A DNA stretch of 64,000 nucleotides from an uncultured Gammaproteobacteria bacterium. GTDB lineage: Bacteria > Patescibacteriota > Patescibacteriia > 2-01-FULL-39-33. The notes beneath the pieces are model-generated. The model made no database searches. It was not told where the DNA came from and saw nothing but the letters and a program-made list of their open reading frames with translations. Positions 10,236-17,930 of this stretch are shown here, one piece after another. Made by a program: the position numbers and the translations under genes. Each line of letters opens with the position of its first letter. Within the stretch, counting starts at the first letter, position 1. The stretch spans positions 22,953 through 86,952 of the forward strand of contig CAZEKG010000003.1 in assembly GCA_964512625.1 (NCBI GenBank). The letters are read 5' to 3'.

Positions 10236-11033
10236 ATGATGAAGATTATTTTTCTTTCCGATATTGTTGGGAAGATAGGCCGGCAAGCAGTCATTAAACA
10301 ATTGCCGAAATTAAAAAAAGAATTCCAAGCTGACCTAGTTATCGCTAATGTCGAAAACTTAGCTCACGGGATGGGCTTTACTCATAAGACTTTAGCGGAA
10401 ATATTTTCGGCCGGGGTTGATATTTGTACTTCCGGCAATCACGCTTGGGAGAAAGGCGGTACGGATGATATCTTAGATGATCCGGAAACGAAAGTGATCA
10501 GGCCGGCCAATTATTCTTCTAAAAAATCCGGTAGTGGTTGGCAGGAAATTACGGTTGGCCAAAATAAGCTAATCGTGGTAAACTTATTGGGTAAGGTATT
10601 TATTGACGAAGAAGTTGCTTGTCCGTTTAAAACTCTTGAGAAAATATTAGCTAAATTTAAAGATCTTCCTGTTGTAGTCGATTTTCATGCGGAAGCTACT
10701 TCTGAGAAGGCGGCTTTGGCTAATTACTTCGATGGCCGGATTTCGGCTGTTATTGGAACTCATACCCATGTCCAAACTTCCGATGAGCGAATTTTAGAGG
10801 AAGGAACAGGATTTATAACGGATGCGGGCATGATCGGTTATTATGATTCCGTTATTGGGGCAAGAAAAGATCAAGTTTTTAATTTATTTCTTAATAAGGG
10901 CATAAGCTCGAAAAAGCATGATTTGCCTGATTCCGGCAAAGCCTTATTCAATGGAGTTTACTTGGAAATAAATCCAAAAACGAAAAAGACGGTTAAGATA
11001 GAAAGAATTAATAAAATCATAGAAATCAAATAA
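10236..11033 (+). CDS. ymdB: YmdB-family metallophosphoesterase (2',3'-cyclic-nucleotide phosphodiesterase)
   Basis: MKIIFLSDIVGKIGR...NVENLAHGMGFT...TSGNHAWEKGG is the TIGR00282-like signature; rny-ymdB synteny as in Bacillus. Confidence 0.85.
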   Translation: MMKIIFLSDIVGKIGRQAVIKQLPKLKKEFQADLVIANVENLAHGMGFTHKTLAEIFSAGVDICTSGNHAWEKGGTDDILDDPETKVIRPANYSSKKSGSGWQEITVGQNKLIVVNLLGKVFIDEEVACPFKTLEKILAKFKDLPVVVDFHAEATSEKAALANYFDGRISAVIGTHTHVQTSDERILEEGTGFITDAGMIGYYDSVIGARKDQVFNLFLNKGISSKKHDLPDSGKALFNGVYLEINPKTKKTVKIERINKIIEIK

Positions 11034-11068
11034 TTATATAGTGCAGCAAGATAATAACCATTAACTAT

Positions 11069-11353
11069 ATGAACAAAGCTGAACTTGCCGACAAGATCGC
11101 CCAAAAAGTCGGCATCTCTAAGGCGCAAGCTGAGGAAGCTTTAAACGCCTTTACTCAAATCACGACCGAAACCATGAAGGCCGGGAGTGAGGTAACCTTG
11201 ACCGGGTTCGGCACTTTTTCCGCCAGAGCCAGGAAAGGCAGAGAGGGAATCAATCCTCGCAATACCAGCGAGAAGATCGTTATTCCAACGGTCGTAGTTG
11301 CTAAATTCAAAGCCGGTAAGAATCTTAAGGATGCTTTGAAGAAAAAAGACTAA
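11069..11353 (+). CDS. hup: DNA-binding protein HU
   Basis: MNKAELADKIAQK...GFGTFSARARKGREGINPRNTSEKIVIP matches the HU/IHF fold signature. Confidence 0.9.
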   Translation: MNKAELADKIAQKVGISKAQAEEALNAFTQITTETMKAGSEVTLTGFGTFSARARKGREGINPRNTSEKIVIPTVVVAKFKAGKNLKDALKKKD

Positions 11354-11362
11354 ATATTAAAT

Positions 11363-11401
11363 AATCCCGCTTTCTTAGTAACAAGAAAGCGGGATTTTTT
11401 T
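11363..11401 (+). terminator. rho-independent terminator of hup
   Basis: AATCCCGCTTTCTT...AAGAAAGCGGGATT hairpin followed by a T-run. Confidence 0.8.
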
Positions 11402-11420
11402 ATCATATTAAAATTAAAAG

Positions 11421-11444
11421 GCTCAAGTCGGTTGACTTGAGCCT
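11421..11444 (-). terminator. terminator hairpin for GC-rich ORFan 1
   Basis: GGCTCAAGTC-GGTT-GACTTGAGCC followed (minus strand) by a T-rich run. Confidence 0.55.
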
Positions 11445-11451
11445 TGTGTTT

Positions 11452-12105
11452 TCAGTTGCGGAGCATTTCCAGCTCCGCGAGAAAGGTTTCGGGAATGAAG
11501 GGGATGTCCTCTTCGTGGCGATGGGCCTTTGCCCAAAGTTCCGCGAACTCCGGATGATCGAGAAGATAATCTTTCTCCTCCAGCTTCATAACGAAGGGGT
11601 AGCCGTGAGGCATATTGTCGCCTCCGATGTGCTCTTTTAGACTTTGCCCCGCAATTGTCCTTCTGTACAGGACGTCGATTTCCCAGCTCCCGCGACCGTA
11701 GCAGCCGGGGAAAGGATTTTTGCTTTCGCCGACAACGCATCCAAGGTAGAAAGTTGCTTCGGAGCAGAGGCTGAACTTGACCTGCGAGGGATTGCAGATT
11801 ACCCATTCATCCTCTTTGAAGAAATCAATCGGCCTGAGAAACGGGAAGAGCGGCTTTTCTTCGGCCGTCTCCTTGATTTCGAGAAGGTATCTAATGACCT
11901 GTTCGAGATGAGCCTTCTCCATCCGCCAGTCTTCAGGAACCCAGCCTTTACATCCGGATATCTTTCGGCCAATAATCTTTGCCTTTGACCTCCAGTGACG
12001 GATGACTGTTCTGAGGTTTTCTTTCCCCCAAAACTCTAATTCGGCGATGTCATCCGCCTTCATAAAGGACCACGTTATCGGAATTAGTTCTGTTGTTAAA
12101 ATCAT
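11452..12105 (-). CDS. hypothetical protein (GC-rich ORFan cassette 1)
   Basis: ~57% GC in a sample 60-mer. ATG at 12105 with AGGAGG RBS 7 nt upstream, own consensus promoter and terminator. No recognisable domain. Confidence 0.55.
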   Translation of the reverse strand: MILTTELIPITWSFMKADDIAELEFWGKENLRTVIRHWRSKAKIIGRKISGCKGWVPEDWRMEKAHLEQVIRYLLEIKETAEEKPLFPFLRPIDFFKEDEWVICNPSQVKFSLCSEATFYLGCVVGESKNPFPGCYGRGSWEIDVLYRRTIAGQSLKEHIGGDNMPHGYPFVMKLEEKDYLLDHPEFAELWAKAHRHEEDIPFIPETFLAELEMLRN

Positions 12106-12274
12106 CACAGATCCTCCTGTTGCGGCGACGGTTTCTTTACAAACTCGCTTTAGCCGCGAAGACCTCTCTTTTGCAATCCCAACGCAGGATTACAGCCGGT
12201 TAACAGCGGATTGATTCAAATTACTTTGAGCCACTCAGCTGTTAATCGGTTAATTTAAAAGAACTTTACTTATG

Positions 12275-12303
12275 ATAATAGCAGTTTTGTTGTTTTTTGT
12301 CAA
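12275..12303 (-). promoter_or_regulatory. consensus promoter TTGACA-N17-TATTAT driving ORFan 1 through a ~150-nt leader
   Basis: Reverse complement of 12298-12303 is TTGACA, exact 17-nt spacer, reverse complement of 12275-12280 is TATTAT. Confidence 0.6.
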
Positions 12304-12490
12304 GGAGTAGGGGGGGCGCATAAATAAAATAATCCGCTGAAGAGTTGGGTATTTCCTCTCTCGATTGGCGCCGGAATGCGCCAATCTCGCTCGTCCTGGG
12401 TCAGCGTCGAATGACTCCCTTTGGTCGCATCCGCCGACACTCGCTTATTCGCAAAATTTTCCAATTTTGCTCATAGCTCGTTTCTGACCC

Positions 12491-12536
12491 GCGCACAAAT
12501 AAAAAATACCCCTGAGGGTATTTTTTATTTGTGCGC
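12491..12536. repeat. 46-nt perfect palindrome abutting the tRNA-Arg 3' end (probable bidirectional terminator)
   Basis: GCGCACAAATAAAAAATACCC-CTGA-GGGTATTTTTTATTTGTGCGC; its last 5 nt overlap the tRNA-Arg acceptor 3' strand. Confidence 0.6.
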
Positions 12537-12605
12537 CCAGCAGGATTCGAACCCACAACCTTCTGGTCCGAAGCCAGACGCTCTATCCAGCTGAGCTATA
12601 GGCGC
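12532..12605 (-). tRNA. tRNA-Arg (UCG)
   Basis: Acceptor GCGCCTA/TGGGCGC, anticodon stem TCTGG/CCAGA with loop CTTCGGA, T-loop TTCGAAT, discriminator A. Confidence 0.8.
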
Positions 12606-12625
12606 ATTTTTTCATTTATTTTTTG

Positions 12626-12698
12626 TGCCCTCAGTAGGATTCGAACCTACGACCGTTTGCTTAAGAGGCAACTGCTCTACCGACTGAGCTATGGACGC
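12626..12698 (-). tRNA. tRNA-Lys (CUU), acceptor stem with two mismatches
   Basis: D-arm GCTC-AGTCGGTA-GAGC, anticodon stem GTTGC/GCAAA with loop CTCTTAA, T-arm GTAGG-TTCGAAT-CCTAC. Acceptor GCGTCCA vs TGAGGGC gives G3-G70 and C5-A68 mispairs. Confidence 0.55.
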
Positions 12699-12708
12699 TA
12701 ATTTTACA

Positions 12709-12731
12709 AAGTCGCCTAGAAAAGGCGACTT
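12709..12731 (-). terminator. terminator of pilT
   Basis: GTCGCCTAGAAAAGGCGAC hairpin followed by T-run on the minus strand. Confidence 0.55.
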
Positions 12732-12767
12732 TGATATATTAGCAATTTTTTTAAAAAATATCAAGAC

Positions 12768-13793
12768 CTAGGCCGTCAAATTAAGATTATAATCAAGGAC
12801 TTCTTTAGTAATCTTATTATCCTTATATAACTGCATGAGCGAATTATCCATAGTAATCATACCTTCTCTAGCTCCAGTTTGAATAGCGGTTTTGATTTGA
12901 GTAACTTTGTTTTCCCTAATCAAATTGGAGATGGCTGGATTATTGATTAAGATTTCTCTAGCCCCGACTCGTCCGCCGTCTTTTCCTGGTACTAATCTTT
13001 GGGACATGACGGCTTGAAGGGTGATGGAAATCTGCATCCTGATTTGATTTTGCTGATGAGGAGGGAAAGTATCAATAATACGATCAATGGTTTGAGAGGC
13101 GCTATAAGTATGTAAAGTCGCAAAGACTAAATGGCCTGTTTCAGCGAGGGTGATTGTTGTAGCAATTGTTTCTAAGTTTCTCATTTCTCCGACCATGATG
13201 ATATTAGGGTCTTGGCGAAGGACATGGACTAAGCCGTTTTGGAAAGTCAACATATCATAGCCGAGCTGTCTTTGGCGGATGATACTTTTTTCCGGCTTGA
13301 AGATAAATTCAATCGGATCTTCAAGAGTCATGATATTGACTCGGCGATTTTGATTGATGTAATTAATCATGGCGGCCAGAGTCGTTGATTTACCGCAACC
13401 GGTCGGACCAGTAACAAGAATCAAGCCTCGATCCAGTTTACATAGATCATAAGCGACTTGAGGCATGCCGATTTCTTCCATGGTCGGGATAATCGAGGGG
13501 ATTATTCTCGCAGCTAGTCCGATATTACCTTTTTCCCAAAATAAATTGATACGGAAGCGGTAGTTCTCGATTTCATGGGCGAAGTCCAGTTCTTTTTCAA
13601 TTAAGAATTTTTTAAACTGTAATTCGCTTAAGACGGCTTTGACGACATTCTCAATATCTTTCGGAGAAAAGACCTTGTTATCAAGCTCGACCAATTCGCC
13701 GTCAACTCTAACGAAAGCCGGCAAGCCGGCAATTAAATGAAAGTCGGAGGCTCTCATTTTTATGGCCCTTTCGAAAAGGCTGTCTAAATTCAT
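12768..13793 (-). CDS. pilT: type IV pilus retraction ATPase PilT
   Basis: Walker A GPTGCGKSTT, LILVTG, PilT/PilU family length (341 aa) and motif order. Confidence 0.85.
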   Translation of the reverse strand: MNLDSLFERAIKMRASDFHLIAGLPAFVRVDGELVELDNKVFSPKDIENVVKAVLSELQFKKFLIEKELDFAHEIENYRFRINLFWEKGNIGLAARIIPSIIPTMEEIGMPQVAYDLCKLDRGLILVTGPTGCGKSTTLAAMINYINQNRRVNIMTLEDPIEFIFKPEKSIIRQRQLGYDMLTFQNGLVHVLRQDPNIIMVGEMRNLETIATTITLAETGHLVFATLHTYSASQTIDRIIDTFPPHQQNQIRMQISITLQAVMSQRLVPGKDGGRVGAREILINNPAISNLIRENKVTQIKTAIQTGAREGMITMDNSLMQLYKDNKITKEVLDYNLNLTA

Positions 13794-13849
13794 ATGATAT
13801 TTTTTAAATTAAGACTGTTTTATGCCCCGAAAATTCCTAAACTTTTAAG

Positions 13850-14554
13850 TTATTTATTCCAATTCTTCTTTTCTAAACCGTTCTTAGCGGCTTCCGTTTG
13901 GGCTTCTTGCTTACTTAATCCTTCGCCGGTCGCGATTAGTTCGTTTTCAAGATAGACGCCGACTTTGAAAGTCTTGGCGTGATCGGGACCGATGGAGCTG
14001 ATTACTTTATAATTAGGAGTGATACCTAAAGCTTCCTGGGCTTTTTCCTGGAAGAGACTTTTAGCGTCAATGTATGATTTATTCATTAAGATTTCTTCGA
14101 GCTCGGAAACGATATGCTTCATGATAAAATCCTTGGCTTTAGCGATACCTAAATCAAGATAAATAGCGCCGATGATCGCTTCAATGGAGTTGGCGAGAAT
14201 GTATTGCCTAGCCTTGGAATTGCCGTCCTTGGATTCGCCCTTGCTTAAATAAAGGAAAGGTTCGACGCCGATTTCCTGAGCGATCTTTGCTAGGTTCGAG
14301 CCGTTAACTAAGCTAGCGCGCCAATTAGTCAATTCACCTTCAGGGTTCGGGTATTTTTTATAAAGATGCTCGGTTACGATCAGTTCTAAAACGGCATCGC
14401 CTAAAAATTCCAGTCTTTCGTTATGATCTAATTTGAATTCAGGATGTTCGTTGAGGTAAGAACGATGGACAACGGCTTGAGTTAAGAGGGTAGGGTTATT
14501 AAAATTAACGCCAATCTTTTTTTCTAATTGAGAGATGTCGGAAATGCGATTCAT
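13850..14554 (-). CDS. rnc: ribonuclease III
   Basis: ERLEFLGDAVLELIV signature plus C-terminal dsRBD. Confidence 0.9.
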   Translation of the reverse strand: MNRISDISQLEKKIGVNFNNPTLLTQAVVHRSYLNEHPEFKLDHNERLEFLGDAVLELIVTEHLYKKYPNPEGELTNWRASLVNGSNLAKIAQEIGVEPFLYLSKGESKDGNSKARQYILANSIEAIIGAIYLDLGIAKAKDFIMKHIVSELEEILMNKSYIDAKSLFQEKAQEALGITPNYKVISSIGPDHAKTFKVGVYLENELIATGEGLSKQEAQTEAAKNGLEKKNWNK

Positions 14555-14556
14555 GA

Positions 14557-15036
14557 TTATTCAGCTTTTATTTCTTCAGTGACGACGGTCGTCTGCTTTT
14601 CGGCGATTCTTTTATCAATTTCTTTTTCACCGCCGTCTTTATAAATAGCGCCTAAAACGCCGTTGACGAACTTGCCCGATGATTCGCCGCCAAAAGTTTT
14701 TGCCAATTCGATTGATTCGTTTATAGCAACTTTAGCCGGGATATTCTCATCAAAACGGAGCTCGAAGGTTCCGAGTCTTAAGATATTGCGGTCAATAGTT
14801 GTTATTTGGTCCAAAGGCCATTCCGGAGCGAATTTTACGATTAACTGGTCGATAGATTCTTTATTTTCCAAGACGCCGTTAATCAGATGCTCGATAAAAC
14901 CGGCATCGTCGAAGTCGGGCGCGAATTGCTCTTTATCCCGCTTCATGATTTCGATGGCATTGTCCACTTGACCGTTAAAATCCCATTGATAAAGAGCTTG
15001 GACGACGATAGTTCTCGCAAGATGTCGATTAGACAT
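14557..15036 (-). CDS. nusB: transcription antitermination factor NusB
   Basis: [14 protein letters not shown]...; 159 aa in the NusB family. Confidence 0.85.
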   Translation of the reverse strand: MSNRHLARTIVVQALYQWDFNGQVDNAIEIMKRDKEQFAPDFDDAGFIEHLINGVLENKESIDQLIVKFAPEWPLDQITTIDRNILRLGTFELRFDENIPAKVAINESIELAKTFGGESSGKFVNGVLGAIYKDGGEKEIDKRIAEKQTTVVTEEIKAE

Positions 15037-15114
15037 AGTTATTGTGGATTTAGAGTTGCTTCGTTGATAAGCCAGTCATCATGAATGACAACTGACATGG
15101 CAAAAAAACAATTT

Positions 15115-15381
15115 TTATTTAGTGGCTTTCTTTTTCTTAGTAGCGGCTTTTTCTTTTGTTGCCGTTTTTCTAGCCTGTTCTTTTTGTTTTAAGGTTTTAG
15201 CCTTGGTTTTAATCTCGATGACTTGGCGGCCCTTGTAAGTACCGCAGAAATCACAAGCTTTATGAGGAGCAACCGGTTTTTGGCATTTTGAGCATGTATT
15301 CAAAACTGCTTTCTTAAGGGCAAAATGGGAGGCTCTTCTTTTAGCAGAGGACTTCGTTCTCTTTTGGCTGGGTAAACCCAT
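15115..15381 (-). CDS. rpmF: 50S ribosomal protein L32 with Lys-rich C-terminal extension
   Basis: KRRTSKS..RRASHFALK and CSKC...CDFCGYYKGRQV zinc-ribbon are typical of bL32; a Lys-rich tail follows. Confidence 0.8.
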   Translation of the reverse strand: MGLPSQKRTKSSAKRRASHFALKKAVLNTCSKCQKPVAPHKACDFCGTYKGRQVIEIKTKAKTLKQKEQARKTATKEKAATKKKKATK

Positions 15382-15451
15382 ATCACTTATGAATTATTTT
15401 TTAAGACAATTGAGATGGAAAGTAAAAATAGTTCCTTTTCAATCTTTCTGT

Positions 15452-15480
15452 ATTCTAACAGGTTTTTGCTCGTTTGGCAA
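15452..15480 (-). promoter_or_regulatory. promoter TTGCCA-N17-TAGAAT for rpmF
   Basis: Reverse complement of 15475-15480 is TTGCCA, 17-nt spacer, reverse complement of 15452-15457 is TAGAAT. Confidence 0.45.
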
Positions 15481-15523
15481 GGGAAAAGTGGGGTGGGCTA
15501 TTTTCTGTGGTTAATAAAAATAA

Positions 15524-15548
15524 AAAGGATTGTCTTGCGACAATCCTT
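15524..15548 (-). terminator. terminator of GC-rich ORFan 2
   Basis: AAGGATTGTC-TTGCG-ACAATCCTT followed by a T-run on the minus strand. Confidence 0.55.
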
Positions 15549-15562
15549 GGTTTGAATCAGCT

Positions 15563-16789
15563 CTAGGCTTTCTTCTTGATCCTTATCATGTGTCCCTCGG
15601 GCACGGCATCTTCGGGAAGCAGGTTGCCGCCGACGAAATACTTTCGTACCTTGACGGTTCGAGGCGCGTCGGGGTTGTGGCCCTCGCCTGGCTTCCGTCT
15701 CTTGTGAGCCGAACGGAAGTGCGGCCGGATCAGCCCCGCAATATTGCCTGGACGGCCGGCTTGGCGGGCTTGAGCGAAGGCGTGCCTGGTTTCCGGCGAA
15801 AGGTTGGCGATACTGGTAATTTTACAGACCTCGGCCGGATCAGTTATATAGCCGAAATTCTTCGGTCTTTGAGCCGTGGCTGACTCAAGGAGGTGAAGCG
15901 TCCGGTTTCTTTCCCAAGGAGTCTTTAAGGGAGATCCCTCTGGTAAGACTTCGAGGTACATGCAGAGACTGGAGAGATACTTGAGAGCCAGGTCGAAAGC
16001 TTCGAACGGCAAGTCGCTGTTCGCAAAGTCTTCGTCGTATAAAATTTCCTGGACGGTTTTTGAAATCGCCGATTCCAGGAATCTTTCCTGCTCGAAGACG
16101 ATGACGGGGGCTAGGCCTTTGAGCCGTGCCGGCAACTTGATTATCTTTTCCTTCGCTTCTCTTCCGAGCTCGATCATTTTGCGGTTCTTACCGCTTTTTT
16201 TCGCCGCTTGGAAGTTCACCTCCAAGTCCTTGGCCTGCTTCTCAAGAAAAGAGCATCTCTCGGTCAGCTCTTTCGAAATCAAACGAACCATGATTAGGCT
16301 TTGTTCGACTTTGCAGTTGCGGGCCTGAGAAATTAGGATGCAATCATATTGTCCGGCAATCGGCACATCGAGCAAGAGTGCGAAGCCTTCAAATGGGAAC
16401 GATATGTCGGACCAGGTATGATCCTTTTGGTCCATGGCCTCGAAGAGACATTGCAAATCTTCCCCGACGCAATACATCTTTCTTGATATTCCCCAGCAAG
16501 TGAGGCAAACCGGCGTCAATACGAAATATTGCAGGATCTCCTTCATATCATCGTCGAAGACCATGAAAGGCAGGCGATCATCCCTGATGGTGAAATTCGG
16601 ATTAGTGGCTGCTTCATGGCCGACTTTGATTAGGAAGCGACGAAGCTGTTCGAAAGTCTCAAGCGGCCTGGAATAGCCTTTCTTTGCGCCTTGATTCTGA
16701 GCGAACTCGTCGCCGACCCGACAAATTCGGCAAGCTGCTTCCCAAGTTCTTAACAACTCATCGATTCGCTGTCTGACATGATAGCTCAT
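15563..16789 (-). CDS. hypothetical protein (GC-rich ORFan cassette 2), 408 aa with basic C-terminal tail
   Basis: High GC relative to flanks; ATG at 16789 with GGGAGGGAAG RBS; own terminator. No recognisable domain; C-terminus is KRRKPGEGHNPDAPRTVKVRKYFVGGN. Confidence 0.55.
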   Translation of the reverse strand: MSYHVRQRIDELLRTWEAACRICRVGDEFAQNQGAKKGYSRPLETFEQLRRFLIKVGHEAATNPNFTIRDDRLPFMVFDDDMKEILQYFVLTPVCLTCWGISRKMYCVGEDLQCLFEAMDQKDHTWSDISFPFEGFALLLDVPIAGQYDCILISQARNCKVEQSLIMVRLISKELTERCSFLEKQAKDLEVNFQAAKKSGKNRKMIELGREAKEKIIKLPARLKGLAPVIVFEQERFLESAISKTVQEILYDEDFANSDLPFEAFDLALKYLSSLCMYLEVLPEGSPLKTPWERNRTLHLLESATAQRPKNFGYITDPAEVCKITSIANLSPETRHAFAQARQAGRPGNIAGLIRPHFRSAHKRRKPGEGHNPDAPRTVKVRKYFVGGNLLPEDAVPEGHMIRIKKKA

Positions 16790-16942
16790 CCTTCCCTCCC
16801 CCGAGTTATAGACAATATTTTAATCACCGGCCAACCCGGCAATCATTTCTAAGGTGCGACAAATCAAAGTACAACTTTTCAGGATAACAAAATAAACTCT
16901 TTCAGTCAAGAGTTTATTTTGATGGCCGGTTAAAAGGCCGAG

Positions 16943-17926
16943 TTATTTTTCTTTCAGGGTTTTTAAGAAGGCTCCTAATTTTTCGGGCAGTTCACTAGCA
17001 TAGGTTTTTTCTTCTCCGGAGGGGTCAATAAAGGTTAATTGCCGAGCATGGAGAAAAATACGCTCTGGCAGGCCATTTTTGGCCTTAGAAGGCCCATACA
17101 GACGGTCAGAAACGACAGGATGGCCGTAAGCGAGCATATGGACGCGGATTTGATGGGTTCGGCCGGTCAGGATTTGGACCTCTAAAAGGGTATAGTTTTT
17201 TAATCTTTTCAGGACATGGAAAATCGTTAAAGCCGGCTTGGCCTGAGGATTCATTTCCATTTTACTTATCGCCGCAAAAAGTCCCGGCTTGGTTTTCGAG
17301 CGGGAGATCGGGAAGTTTATTTCGCCTTCGCCGGCAATAACTTCGCCTTCGACTAAAGTCCAATATTTTTTAATGATGGTTTTAGTTTTGAAAAGACGTT
17401 TGAAGTAATCGAACGCTTCCTGATTTCTAGGAATAAGGATTAACCCGGAGACATCCTTATCAAGTCGATGGACAATAGCTGGACGAGAAGGATCTTCGCC
17501 GATTTTTCTCAGTTCCGGATATTTTTCTAACAGCCAATCGACTAAAGTATTGGTTTCATTCTTATCGGTCGGATGGACGAGTAGTCCGGAGGGCTTGTTA
17601 AGGATCAAGTAATCTTTTTCTTCGGCGATTATTTCCGGAATAAGGGTAACGGTATTTTTCCTCGCCGTTTTTTTTGATTTTTTCTGATTCTCGGCGTTTG
17701 ATTTACTTTTTGTTTCTTCAGACTTCTCGATTATTATGATCTCATCGCCGTTTTTTAAAAAGCGGTGGACGCTCGCTTCCTTATTATTGACCTTAACGAG
17801 TCCGTCGAGAATCATTTTCTTGATTTGGGAGCGGGTAATTTCCGGTAAGTTTTCGGAAAGGAAAATATCCAGCCTCATTTTTCCTTCGGCTTCCTGATTG
17901 TCGTAGACAAATTTATTTTTTTGCAT
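16943..17926 (-). CDS. rluD: RluA-family 23S rRNA pseudouridine synthase (RluD-like) with S4 domain
   Basis: N-terminal S4 RNA-binding domain; HRLDKDVSGLILI catalytic motif of the RluA family. Confidence 0.85.
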   Translation of the reverse strand: MQKNKFVYDNQEAEGKMRLDIFLSENLPEITRSQIKKMILDGLVKVNNKEASVHRFLKNGDEIIIIEKSEETKSKSNAENQKKSKKTARKNTVTLIPEIIAEEKDYLILNKPSGLLVHPTDKNETNTLVDWLLEKYPELRKIGEDPSRPAIVHRLDKDVSGLILIPRNQEAFDYFKRLFKTKTIIKKYWTLVEGEVIAGEGEINFPISRSKTKPGLFAAISKMEMNPQAKPALTIFHVLKRLKNYTLLEVQILTGRTHQIRVHMLAYGHPVVSDRLYGPSKAKNGLPERIFLHARQLTFIDPSGEEKTYASELPEKLGAFLKTLKEK

Positions 17927-17930
17927 ATTT

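Noticed and set aside
11423-12214. ORFs 11423..11806(-), 11437..11640(+), 11644..11988(+), 12002..12214(+) overlapping ORFan 1
   Set aside because: These are alternative frames in a GC-rich block. They lack an RBS or promoter, and the 11452..12105 frame is the only one with a promoter, RBS and terminator.
15530-16676. Plus-strand ORFs 15530..15883, 15960..16328, 16434..16676 antisense to ORFan 2
   Set aside because: Antisense frames in GC-rich DNA with no RBS; the 408-aa minus-strand ORF is far longer and has an RBS.
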